Below, one piece after another: positions 50,269-59,963 of a stretch of 64,000 nt of DNA. The stretch comes from Candidatus Obscuribacteraceae bacterium (GTDB lineage: Bacteria; Cyanobacteriota; Vampirovibrionia; Obscuribacterales; Obscuribacteraceae): positions 128,001 through 192,000 of the forward strand of contig JBGAHS010000002.1 in assembly GCA_044226015.1 (NCBI GenBank). The letters run 5' to 3'. Under the pieces are notes generated by a model that was given only the letters and a program-made list of their open reading frames with translations, was not told where the DNA came from and made no database searches. Numbering within the stretch: the stretch's first letter is position 1; each line of letters opens with the position of its first letter. Both the position numbers and the translations under genes were made by a program.

Positions 50269-51594
50269 TTAGCCCTTGAGACCCTCGAACCAGTGACCCA
50301 TCTTTTCCTTTTTGGTCATGAGATAAGCCATGTTATGGCTGTTGCAAGCCGCAGGCATAGCCACTCTTCCAGTAATGCTCAAACCATAACCTTCAAGACC
50401 AACAATTTTTCTCGGGTTGTTGGTGATTATGCGAACTGAGGTCAAGCCGAGGTCAGCCAGAATCTGCGCGCCCACGCCATAGTCGCGCAGGTCGGGCTTG
50501 AAGCCCAGAGATTCATTTGCCTGAACGGTGTCCTGTCCCTGGTCTTGCAACATGTACGCTTTGATTTTGTTGATGAGCCCGATGCCTCGCCCTTCCTGCC
50601 TCAGGTAGACCAGCACCCCATGCTCTTCTTGCGAAATCATCGCCATGGCAGCCTCAAGTTGTGGACCGCAATCACAACGCAGGCTGGCAAAAACGTCGCC
50701 CGTCAAACATTCGCTGTGAACGCGAATAAGCACATCTTTGCGTCCAGCAACGTCACCCTTCACGACAGCGACGTGGTCTTGTCCATCGAGATTATTACGG
50801 TAACCATAAAGCTTGAATTTGCCATAAGCCGACGGGAACTCAGCCTCGCCCTCTCTCACCACAAAGCGTTCTTTCTTCAAGCGATATGCAATGAGTTGAG
50901 CAATGGTGATGAACTTCAAACCATGCTTATCAGCGAATTCCTTCAAGTGCGGAACGCGTGACATGGTTCCGTCAGGGTTGATGATTTCGCAAATGACGCC
51001 GGCCGGAGTAAAGCCTGCGAGCCTGGCGAGGTCTACTGCAGCTTCGGTATGCCCTGCTCTTTTCAGAACACCGCCTGGTTTTGCGATTAATGGAGAGATG
51101 TGACCAGGACGACGCAGGTCATCGGGCTTGGTTTCGGGGTCGACGGCAACCTTGATTGTGGTGGCTCTATCGAAGGCACTGATGCCGGTCGTGACACCAT
51201 ATTTAGTATCAGCATCAATCGTCACAGTGAATGCTGTTCCCTGTGATTCAGTATTACGTTCTACCATGTAACCCAGGTTGAGCTGCTGCGCCTTCTCTTC
51301 TTCGATTGCCAGGCAAACCCATCCCCGAGCTTCTGAAATCATGAAATTGATCATGGCTGGAGTTATCAGCTCAGCAGCGCAGATTAGGTCGCCCTCATTC
51401 TCCCGCCCCTCATCATCAGCAACGATGACAAATTTCCCGGCTCGAATGTCAGCTAGAGCGTCTTCTATGGAATCGAAGAGCAGCGAATCATCATCTTGAG
51501 CCACTAACTTCTCGAATTCTTCTTTCATTTCCACGATAGGGATGCTCCTAGCTAAAGTCGGATTGGCGTTATTTTGTTGCATTTTGGACTCCAT
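50269..51594 (-). CDS. ribBA: Bifunctional DHBP synthase / GTP cyclohydrolase II
   Basis: [52 protein letters not shown]; start uncertain. Confidence 0.96.
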   Translation of the reverse strand: MESKMQQNNANPTLARSIPIVEMKEEFEKLVAQDDDSLLFDSIEDALADIRAGKFVIVADDEGRENEGDLICAAELITPAMINFMISEARGWVCLAIEEEKAQQLNLGYMVERNTESQGTAFTVTIDADTKYGVTTGISAFDRATTIKVAVDPETKPDDLRRPGHISPLIAKPGGVLKRAGHTEAAVDLARLAGFTPAGVICEIINPDGTMSRVPHLKEFADKHGLKFITIAQLIAYRLKKERFVVREGEAEFPSAYGKFKLYGYRNNLDGQDHVAVVKGDVAGRKDVLIRVHSECLTGDVFASLRCDCGPQLEAAMAMISQEEHGVLVYLRQEGRGIGLINKIKAYMLQDQGQDTVQANESLGFKPDLRDYGVGAQILADLGLTSVRIITNNPRKIVGLEGYGLSITGRVAMPAACNSHNMAYLMTKKEKMGHWFEGLKG

Positions 51595-51643
51595 GGGTTT
51601 TCCAATCAACTCAAATCACAGGTTTGGGCATGCTGCTCTGCCC

Positions 51644-52318
51644 TCAAGTGTAGCCATGCTCAGCAAGAAACTGCTGCGACAGACCTTCTTTGTTAAGATT
51701 CTTCGGGTTCACCGACTGCATCCAGCGCGCAACGTATTTGCCGATGAGATCCGCTTCAATATTTACGTCATCACCGGCAGACAGTGAAGCTAAAGTGGTG
51801 ACATCGAGCGTGTGTGGAATAGCCGCAATCGTGAAATTGAAATGTTCACCCACTGTCGGCTTGAGCGATGCCACAGTAAGACTGATCCCATCTATAGATA
51901 CGGATCCCTTTTCAATGAAAAACTGCTCAAGCGACGCTGGACAGGAAAACTCAATAATCCAGGAAAAACCTTCCTTCTTTACTGAGACGACTTTGGCGAT
52001 TGCGTCAACGTGTCCGCTGACGATGTGACCGCCAAGGCGGTCTGAAAACTTCAGCGCCCGCTCCATGTTCACCTTGTCGCCGTTCTTGAGCTGCCCAAGC
52101 TTACTTCTGCGCAAAGTTTCAAAACTGGCGTCGACCGAAAAGCTATCGGCAGTAAAATGCGTCACCGTGAGACAGACACCCGAAACAGAGATGGAATCAC
52201 CCAGCTTCACGTCGTCCAGTATGGTTTTGGCAGCGATTTTCATCCGCCGCCCGTCCGCAGAGTCGCTAGTACCAATAATTCGACCGACTTCTTCAACTAT
52301 GCCGGAAAACAAATTCAC
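51644..52318 (-). CDS. ribE: Riboflavin synthase alpha chain
   Basis: FSGIVEE, GDSISVSGVCLTV, GGHIVSGHVD, KGSVSIDGISLTV; SD AAGGAG. Confidence 0.95.
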   Translation of the reverse strand: MNLFSGIVEEVGRIIGTSDSADGRRMKIAAKTILDDVKLGDSISVSGVCLTVTHFTADSFSVDASFETLRRSKLGQLKNGDKVNMERALKFSDRLGGHIVSGHVDAIAKVVSVKKEGFSWIIEFSCPASLEQFFIEKGSVSIDGISLTVASLKPTVGEHFNFTIAAIPHTLDVTTLASLSAGDDVNIEADLIGKYVARWMQSVNPKNLNKEGLSQQFLAEHGYT

Positions 52319-52439
52319 GACTCCTTATCTAACGTATATAGATGAAGGTATTCTACGGCTTGCAAAGAGCCCGCGACCACCTCGTAAACTAATAATTAGC
52401 TGTATTACAGAGATTTAGGAATCCAGTATTATGGGGGAC

Positions 52440-52476
52440 TTGACGAGACTAGACGACCGGTCTAATATGTATACAT
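52440..52476 (+). promoter_or_regulatory. Sigma70-like promoter with embedded palindromes
   Basis: TTGACG-N17-TAATAT; TAGAC-N5-GTCTA over the spacer; ATGTATACAT just downstream. Confidence 0.6.
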
Positions 52477-52648
52477 ACAGAGTTCACCAAAAGCATTTTA
52501 AAAACCGAATGAATTGAGTCGCCAGGACCCTTCGCCAGGCCGACTGTTCGCACCCAGCCGCTGCATTTGCTGCAGCGTTCAGTTCAATTCAAGCCCGACA
52601 GACAGTGTCTGCCGCGAGACTCTGCCGACCTTAGAGAGGAAGAAACCC

Positions 52649-53071
52649 ATGTGCAATCAGAACCAGAGCCACATCTACAATCATATCGAATATCTCATCG
52701 CTGGAAATCGCCACACAGAGCCAGAAGTACTTGCAGAACTCGCGAGCTCCGAATGCCCCCGCGTCAGAGCACAGGTCGCCGAAAATGCAGCGACACCGTT
52801 GAGTACGCTTTCCTTGCTAATTTCTGATGTTTCCAGCGAGGTAAGACTTGCCCTGACTCACAATGTCAGATTGCCAAAACTCTTTCTCGATTGGCTAAGC
52901 CGCGATGAGTCGGCAGACCTTCGATATGGCATGGCAGAGAACCCATCATTACCTGTTCCTATTCTTGAATTGCTCAGCCACGACAACAACCCGTATGTCT
53001 CAAGTCGAGCCAGCAAAACCCTGAATTGGATCAAATCAAAATCAGCACCCACAGTAAGCAAGGCTGCCTAG
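52649..53071 (+). CDS. Leucine-rich-variant (LRV)-type repeat protein
   Basis: About 24-aa repeats VRAQVAEN, VRLALTHN, LRYGMAENP; SD GAGG. Confidence 0.8.
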   Translation: MCNQNQSHIYNHIEYLIAGNRHTEPEVLAELASSECPRVRAQVAENAATPLSTLSLLISDVSSEVRLALTHNVRLPKLFLDWLSRDESADLRYGMAENPSLPVPILELLSHDNNPYVSSRASKTLNWIKSKSAPTVSKAA

Positions 53072-53113
53072 ATATCACGCAAAGAGTAAGAAGGATCAGA
53101 GAGGAAGAAGAAT

Positions 53114-53323
53114 ATGAATACTTTTCTCAGCAACGACCAACATTTATATCTTGGATTGCACATACTTGTGCCCATCGCGTCTTTGTTTCTGATGAGCCTC
53201 TTCGCCGACCTTTTTTCTGCAACTCGGCACTTTGCGTATTTGCTAAATCACAATTGCAAATCAAATCGATCAAAACTCGATGCAAGAAGGTACCCTAAGC
53301 ACTCACGTCTGCGAAAACAATAA
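53114..53323 (+). CDS. Small hypothetical membrane protein
   Basis: SD GAGG and one hydrophobic segment. Confidence 0.45.
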   Translation: MNTFLSNDQHLYLGLHILVPIASLFLMSLFADLFSATRHFAYLLNHNCKSNRSKLDARRYPKHSRLRKQ

Positions 53324-53379
53324 CTGGTTATCGACCATCATCTGCGATTAATTCGGCTCGAAACAATGGAGAATAAAAA

Positions 53380-54174
53380 ATGGATCTCAAACTACACGGC
53401 AGAACTGTACTCGTAACTGGCTCTACAGGTGGCATCGGCTTAGCTATCGCCGAACAATTCAGCCAGGAAGGCGCAGACGTCATTATCAACGGGCGTTCGC
53501 ACGAGCGAGTGAGACAGGCAATCGACTCAATCGAGGCGAAGACCGGAAAGAAAAATGTACGCGGCATCGTCGCCGATCTTGGCACCGCCGACGGTGCAAA
53601 GAAAATCATCAAAGAACTCAGCGAAGTTGATATTTTAATCAACAACATGGGTTACTACGAAGCGAAGAACTTCTTTGATATTAGTGATGAAGACTGGTTC
53701 AAAATCTACGAAGCAAACGTTCTAAGCGGCGTTAGATTGAGTCGCCAATATTTGAAAGGCATGCTTGAGCGCGACTGGGGACGCATTATTTTCATATCTA
53801 GCGAGTCAGGCGTACAAACTCCAGCGGAGATGATTCATTACGGCATGAGCAAAACAGCGCAGTTGGCTATCGCTCGAGGACTCTCTGAGCTTACCGCTGG
53901 TAGCAAAGTAACGGTAAACTCCGTACTTCCTGGACCAACAAAATCTGAAGGCGTTGAGCAATTTGTTGCTCAAGTTGCAAACGAGCGAGGCGTTTCAGCT
54001 TCGACAGTGGAAAAGGAATTTTTCCAAACAGTCAGACCATCCAGCCTGCTAAAGCGCTTCGCCACAAGTGAGGAAGTTGCTAACATGGTTGTTTATTTGT
54101 CGAGTGAACTTGCATCTGCAACAAACGGCTCCGCACTGCGTGTCGATGGTGGCACCGTGCGCTCGATTGTTTAA
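53380..54174 (+). CDS. SDR family oxidoreductase
   Basis: TGSTGGIG, INNMG, YGMSK, VNSVLPGPT, RVDGG. Confidence 0.93.
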   Translation: MDLKLHGRTVLVTGSTGGIGLAIAEQFSQEGADVIINGRSHERVRQAIDSIEAKTGKKNVRGIVADLGTADGAKKIIKELSEVDILINNMGYYEAKNFFDISDEDWFKIYEANVLSGVRLSRQYLKGMLERDWGRIIFISSESGVQTPAEMIHYGMSKTAQLAIARGLSELTAGSKVTVNSVLPGPTKSEGVEQFVAQVANERGVSASTVEKEFFQTVRPSSLLKRFATSEEVANMVVYLSSELASATNGSALRVDGGTVRSIV

Positions 54175-54207
54175 TTTGATCGAGATCTAGTGGGGGCTAA
54201 GCCAGAA

Positions 54208-54285
54208 GCCGCCCAGATGGCGGCGCCCCCAGACTTGAAGCAGCAGGATGGCGGCGCTCACAGGTCAGAATTGCGGCGCCCCATT
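54208..54285 (+). repeat. REP-like palindromes, two to three tandem copies
   Basis: GCCGCCCAGATGGCGGCGCCCCCAG and GCAGCAGGATGGCGGCGCTCACAG between convergent genes. Confidence 0.65.
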
Positions 54286-54881
54286 TATTGCTGAGGCGCA
54301 GGTTGAGCAGGCTCTCCGCTTGCGTCTTGAAACTCTGCTACTACAGGCAACGGAGTGTCGCCGCCGCGCTGCCCTACAAGTAAGCGAAAATGAATTGGTG
54401 CCGGACCCATAAGTCCTTCAGCCGAATGCTTCACTACAGACCCTTCCACTTCGATAGGAACAAGTCCTTTGGTAGAAGCTGATGGCTCTTCGATTTTTAC
54501 ATTGTTGATACTGATGGAGCTGACGCTTTTTGTGTCTTTAAGCTGGCGACCAATTGCTTTCATTTCATCAGCATTCGGCGGAATGACTCCACCAGAAGCA
54601 AGGGCTTTGATTACGCCAGGGCCCAGTTCTGACTTGGTTCCAGCATAAGCGAGTTGATACATTGAAGCTTCGTAGGTAAGGAAGCAACTGTCTACGATGT
54701 GTCGCGTTACTTGCCGGGCAAAAGTATCGAAGTTAATTTTCTGCTCGCTCGTCAGTTTGTTGGATGGTGCGACTTTGGATAGAAGCAACAAATTTGCAAT
54801 AACACTAATTACACAAACAGCGTGCACGCCGTAAGTTTTTGCAACTTGTTCTGGGCTGATTTTTCTTACTCGCCAGTACAT
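54285..54881 (-). CDS. Bitopic membrane protein, VirB8-class (TraE/IcmL-like) candidate
   Basis: Short basic N-terminus, one TM segment, helices then beta strands; last gene of the VirB4 operon. Confidence 0.55.
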   Translation of the reverse strand: MYWRVRKISPEQVAKTYGVHAVCVISVIANLLLLSKVAPSNKLTSEQKINFDTFARQVTRHIVDSCFLTYEASMYQLAYAGTKSELGPGVIKALASGGVIPPNADEMKAIGRQLKDTKSVSSISINNVKIEEPSASTKGLVPIEVEGSVVKHSAEGLMGPAPIHFRLLVGQRGGDTPLPVVAEFQDASGEPAQPAPQQ

Positions 54882-54896
54882 TTTCGCGTACCTCGC

Positions 54897-55268
54897 TTAA
54901 AGTTCTACTCGACCTAGCACCCACTTCCCACTTTGCTTATACAAGGTCAAAACTGCTGAACATTCTACAGTTTCGGTTTTTCCGCCCGGATTGTCAAGCG
55001 ATTGTCCCGCATCTGCAGTGGTCAAAATTTGCGTCCCAGTAACTTTGATCACAGCATCATTATCGCTTTTTCTTATAATCGATGCTTGGGTCATCTCAGC
55101 CTTCGATTGCCATGTTGCATCGGGCCACTGCCAATTGAAAATCTTGTCGCCAATCAGCTCTGCCTCGCCTTCGAGACGCATATTTGAAACTGTTTGAAGT
55201 GCGACCCAGCTCACAATGAAGATTGTGCAAAACGCAACGAGAACTTTCCAGCTGAATACTTTTTCCAT
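54897..55268 (-). CDS. Small bitopic membrane protein with a beta-rich domain
   Basis: ATG 2 nt after the VirB4 stop; TM segment; C-terminal LTLYKQSGKWVLGRVEL. Confidence 0.7.
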   Translation of the reverse strand: MEKVFSWKVLVAFCTIFIVSWVALQTVSNMRLEGEAELIGDKIFNWQWPDATWQSKAEMTQASIIRKSDNDAVIKVTGTQILTTADAGQSLDNPGGKTETVECSAVLTLYKQSGKWVLGRVEL

Positions 55269-55270
55269 GC

Positions 55271-57976
55271 TTAATCGTGTTGGAGACCCAGGTAATAAAC
55301 GGCTTGGCGACAAGCATCCGTATGATTCATTGTTGGATTCTTCGATTTCACTTCTTCGATCATCGCTCTTCTTTTTGGAATATCGTTAATCGGTTCAGAC
55401 GTACAAATCCAATAATCCATAGGGCTTGGAACCAGTCGAATGGTACCATGGATGCCGCCAACAATGAGCAAGCATTGGCTGTCTCTTCGTTTTTCCTGAT
55501 CGTGCCCGAAGTTTTCAATCGCTTGAGTTTCGGCTTCAGTCAGACGCAAAATATCCTTCAATTTCTTCAAGTCTGAAGGGTCTTGGCGGAGAAGAATTTT
55601 CATGTGCGCGTTCTTCACAACAGAGTCTGCGAGTTCTGCCTGGCGGAAGAAGTCAGCCAACTGCTGCGTGATTGTGACAAGCATCATCCCGTAGTGACGA
55701 GCTCGGCGGGAAAGGTCATCGAGCAGTCTTGCCCCAGCTTTAAATCTCATCAGTGTTGCAGCTTCGTCTATTACTGCAGCAAAACGCATATTGCGCTTCT
55801 TCGCTTCAGCAGCTTTTCTTCGAATGAATTCCGCCAGAATAAACGAAGCCATACGCTCAAGTCTAGGGTCGTGTTATTATCTTGAGTCGAAAACGATGAA
55901 TAGCTTTTCTGTGTCGATGTTGGTCAGACCGTCGACCAATCCACCGAAGGCACCAGCCCTGGTGAACAAGGAAAGACCACGAGCGAATTGCTGCAGGCGA
56001 TCTCTTTGCAGAGGGTCGACCTCATCAGCAGCCGCTTGAGCTGTCACTCTTGCCAGGTCAGTCATAACTGGCACCGTTCCACGAAACGCGGCTTCCATAT
56101 ACGCCACGCGAATCAAGCCGTCCAAGAGAGACTTCTCTTCTACGTTCAATTCTTCACGGCCTTCTGGTGTCAGCATGAGGTCGAGCAGTGAAAGCAAGGT
56201 GGCAATTTTGTCCGCGTTTGGCTCTCCAGGCTTACCATCGTCGGGCCCAATATCGAAGGGGTTCAAGATATAACCTGAACTTGGACCAAGGTCGATGTAT
56301 GCGCAAAATTCAGGGCCCAAGAGCTCTGTGATGAATCGATAAGCACCAAATTTGTCTACGGTTTTATCGATTAAGACAAAGCGCACACCCAGCGGTAAGA
56401 GCCGCAAAATCATCATAGACACAGCGAAAGATTTACCGGCACCGGTCGTTCCTACAACGAACATGTTGTTAGCGTCTTTGCCCGCGCCTCTGAAGAACGG
56501 GTTGAGCAGTACTGGTTCTCTTGATGCAATTGCGAAGCCAAACGGCACACCCTCGGGCGTTCCGCAACTAGCCGTGAAAAACGGCCAGAAGCTTCCCACA
56601 ATAGGAGACATAACGCGATGCACAATCGCAAGCTTGTCCACACCTACTGGTAGAGTCGCCTGCCATGTGTCTAGCTGCAACATCTGCGCGCGATCCATAA
56701 TCGCACCTTTGTTTTTGAACACACGACGTATTTCGTCCATGTGTCCGTTCAAGCGCTCGTTGGTATCAGCGTGTGTTTTGATGTAAAAGCTCATATCAAA
56801 AGCTTTATTTGAGCTGCGCAAGAATTCTTGAATTGCGGCTTGCGCTGTCCTGGTTGATTCCAAACCTTCAAGGTCAGGAGTAGAAAGCTGTGTGCTAGCG
56901 ACAATACCCATCGTGTACTGGCTCTTCAGTTTCTTACGCACACTGTCTTGATCGCAACAGTGAATGAACATTGAAACAGTGTACTCAACGCTGAGCGTTA
57001 AAAGTTCGACGAGCCATCCCATCCAGGTTTCGTGCGGAACCTGTTGCATGTACTGACTGCCAACATACTTTCCGTCAAGCCACAAATAATTGTCTGTGAC
57101 TTTTAAGCCAGAACGAGCCAGCACAGAGGCTTCGCTCACACCAGGTCTGCTCGGAGGCGCATCTGGTTCTGCTTCAGAAAGAGAGGGGTTTAGATGCGAG
57201 TAAATAAGATTGCGCACTTCTCGCCTGGTGAGTGTGCTCGGTCTTAAATTAGAACCACGCAACTGTTCAAAAACAGTTTTGCAGTAGCGATTAAGCTCTT
57301 CAAGAAACTCTTCGTGCTTCTGAACTGAACGGCGACCGCTCCAGCCGCGCGTCACGCTGCGGCAATCTGGCGGCTGATAGCTGACCACAACGTAGAAGTC
57401 TCGTTGCGGAACGAAGTGCACATCTTGTACGCGGCGGAACCATTTGTCAGTGTAGTCCGCATACCATCGCAAGTATTCGTTATCAGTTTTGATTTCTTTC
57501 TGATATCGCGACAAATATTCGTCAACGGAAAGGTTTCTCGAGGTGACGATGATTTGAATGTCAGAGTCAACTGAATTTGCAAGAGAGGCAAAATCGCGTG
57601 CGAGCTTGTCGCGTTCTGCTTCGTCGAACAGAAGTGCATTGATACCTTTGCAGCAAATGAACTTGCGCATGCTTCCATCGCCAAGCACGACAAGTCCTTC
57701 ATCCTGATCTTCGCCTGGAATTGAATGAATAAAGCAAACATCTTGCCAGCTTGCAGAAGTACGTTTGTCCTTCGGAGGACCTGCGACTTCCTTTTCGTCA
57801 GCAACAGGGGCATCGAACGGCAGCATGTCGCGAATCATCGGCGGCAGACCACCCAAAAGACCGCCTAAAGCGCCTCCATTGCTGGTTTGCTTTTCCGCCT
57901 CTTTGCGTTCGTCGAAGCTGCGCTCACCTTTTGAAGATGAGCGACTACCACGTTTGGCGGGTCTGAGTCCTGTCAT
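55271..57976 (-). pseudogene. virB4: VirB4-family ATPase interrupted by two in-frame TAA codons (55874-55879)
   Basis: NANN-like NNMFVVGTTGAGKS (Walker A), LNPFD, FIVFD in the upstream part; VIDEA (Walker B), RRARHYG, ITQQLADF, ILLRQD in the downstream part. Both ORF-track pieces share one frame. Confidence 0.8.
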
Positions 57977-57995
57977 TTAGTGCATCCTCACTCGC

Positions 57996-58376
57996 TTATT
58001 CAAGCTGTATATATCCTTCATCTTCCCGCCTGACAGGGTCTATTACATCAGGGTCTGGATAAATTTGTGTTTGTTCTTCAATGTGAGGGTAGTACGCTTT
58101 CGGCAATGTTCCCATGAGCTTGTAGAGAAAGAGATTGCGCCACCATGCAAACGGTTTGAATTCAGCAGCATTCACTCCGACCATGGCCCCACCGACTATG
58201 ATAACCCAGACGAATAAGCCAAGTGGCAAATTGCCTAGCTTCCAGTCTTGTGGAACCTTAAAAGCCAGAAGAAATCCCAAACCTACAGCAATAACGAGAA
58301 TAGCCCACTGCCCGAAGGTGAACCCTCGGATCTTAAGTGGCTTATTCAGGATAATCACTTTGTGTACTAGAGACAT
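57996..58376 (-). CDS. PrgI/VirB3-like two-TM protein
   Basis: KIRGFTFGQW then two TM segments, directly upstream of VirB4. Confidence 0.7.
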   Translation of the reverse strand: MSLVHKVIILNKPLKIRGFTFGQWAILVIAVGLGFLLAFKVPQDWKLGNLPLGLFVWVIIVGGAMVGVNAAEFKPFAWWRNLFLYKLMGTLPKAYYPHIEEQTQIYPDPDVIDPVRREDEGYIQLE

Positions 58377-58668
58377 GCAAAGCTATCCTCAGAGCACCTT
58401 ACGGAAGCTCCTGGCGGCAAACTACGAAGCCATAGGCCCCGCAGTCGTTTCAAGTTTTTACCCTCATCATCAACGAGCATTGCGCTTAGAAGTAGTGGTG
58501 GTGTTGCCCTCAGCTTCCTGGAAGAACTTATCCTCCTAATCCAGTGCCTTGGGGGAACGCAATAACCCATTAAGTATATATTACTAAGAATACAAAAATT
58601 GCAAGCACTTTATTCCTTGCAACCTTAGCAACAAGCCAAATTTTCATGTTTGTGAAAGTTTTTTGGCA

Positions 58669-59181
58669 TCAAAAAGTCTTGCCAGCACTATTGCCTGCAC
58701 TCGGTGTCTGCATTGTCGCCGTGCTAGCCATCGACCAGGTATAAGGCATTGATTCCTGGGCTCGAAAATCTACTCCGGAAGGACCAGAGAAAAGTGAGAT
58801 TAGAAATGGTGGAAAGACATGCACCGTGGTTGCCACGGTGACTTCACCTTTGACAGGACCACCATAAGGAGGCGTCGGCAAGTCGCCACTCATTTGCTCT
58901 GAAACCTGAACCGCGTTATCAAGGCGAATCGCGCCTGCGGTCTTATTTGCTTTGCGGACAACCCCCTCGGCCCTGCGCTGTGGTTCACCCGAGGTGATAG
59001 CATCTGGCGCGCCTATTGAAGCGGCTCTGGCCGCATCACGGCAAACAGAGTCGTTGAGTTGCACAGCCATGTAGATCGTTGCACAATCTATGATGAGCAA
59101 GATAACTGGAATTACAACTGCCAGTCCAGCAGCCAGTTCCACAAAGGACTGTCCCTTTGCCAATCCATTTCTTCTGTTCAT
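58669..59181 (-). CDS. TadE-like pseudopilin
   Basis: RRNGLAKG|QSFVEL, hydrophobic helix, CRDAARAAS. Confidence 0.8.
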   Translation of the reverse strand: MNRRNGLAKGQSFVELAAGLAVVIPVILLIIDCATIYMAVQLNDSVCRDAARAASIGAPDAITSGEPQRRAEGVVRKANKTAGAIRLDNAVQVSEQMSGDLPTPPYGGPVKGEVTVATTVHVFPPFLISLFSGPSGVDFRAQESMPYTWSMASTATMQTPSAGNSAGKTF

Positions 59182-59319
59182 GAACTTCAACTCAAAAGTA
59201 TTCCCAACCCATTTCATATTATTCCCGCATCACAGTTGCTATAAACGGGAATAATGTACAGAGAATCAGCATTCTAGCGCTTTGCTTCTGATAAAAATTT
59301 GGACGCAGCCGGGGGAAAA

Positions 59320-59874
59320 ATGGGACTTAGTCAAAGAAGTAGAAAAGGTAATTCGATTGCCGAGTTTGGACCATCGATGTACATATTTTTCATTCTGATC
59401 ATTATTCCGCTGGTAGACCTTGCTAGCCTGATGTGGGGAATTGGGACAGTGATGCTGGTCGCAAACATGAGCGTTCGCCAGGCTGCTGGAGCCCGAACAT
59501 ACAGCGAAGCAATCAACATCGTGAACAAGACCGAAGATGATCTGGCAGCGTTCCGCAACTTCGCAATCATCTCGCCTTCAGGCGGGGCACCCAGAGGGGT
59601 GAAACTGCAGGTCATCTCGAACCCGGTTGCTGGCGCTACCTCAACACCAACAGTGTATGCTCCACCGCCCGCACCTAACAGAATTCCAGTCGACCGAAAC
59701 ACTCTCGATGCCACTCTCTATCACTACCAGGTGATCGCATCCTACGATGTTTCACCGTTAATGAACTTCAACGGAATGCCATTTTTCTCTGGCGTACCCG
59801 GCTTGGGAGCCCCTGTTCCAGTCTCATATGATGGAACTGCTACAGTAGAACATCCAGAAGGACTCAACGACTAA
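59320..59874 (+). CDS. TadE-like pseudopilin
   Basis: RSRKG|NSIAEF, hydrophobic helix, VRQAA. Confidence 0.72.
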   Translation: MGLSQRSRKGNSIAEFGPSMYIFFILIIIPLVDLASLMWGIGTVMLVANMSVRQAAGARTYSEAINIVNKTEDDLAAFRNFAIISPSGGAPRGVKLQVISNPVAGATSTPTVYAPPPAPNRIPVDRNTLDATLYHYQVIASYDVSPLMNFNGMPFFSGVPGLGAPVPVSYDGTATVEHPEGLND

Positions 59875-59925
59875 TTGAGGACTTCCTGATGAGATGCTGA
59901 CTGGAAGCCAACTCTAAGCCCCGCT

Positions 59926-59950
59926 GCCGCCAGGATGGCGGTACCGCACG
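59926..59950 (+). repeat. REP-like palindrome
   Basis: GCCGCCAGGATGGCGGT between convergent genes. Confidence 0.55.
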
Positions 59951-59963
59951 TAGTTTATGCTGG

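Noticed and set aside
52319..52440. FMN riboswitch upstream of the rib operon
   Set aside because: No RFN consensus (AGGGTGAAATTCCCGACCG-like) visible on the minus strand.
43194..58376. Integrative conjugative element
   Set aside because: No integrase, relaxase, att repeats or tRNA seen, and housekeeping genes are interspersed; cannot be excluded beyond the window.
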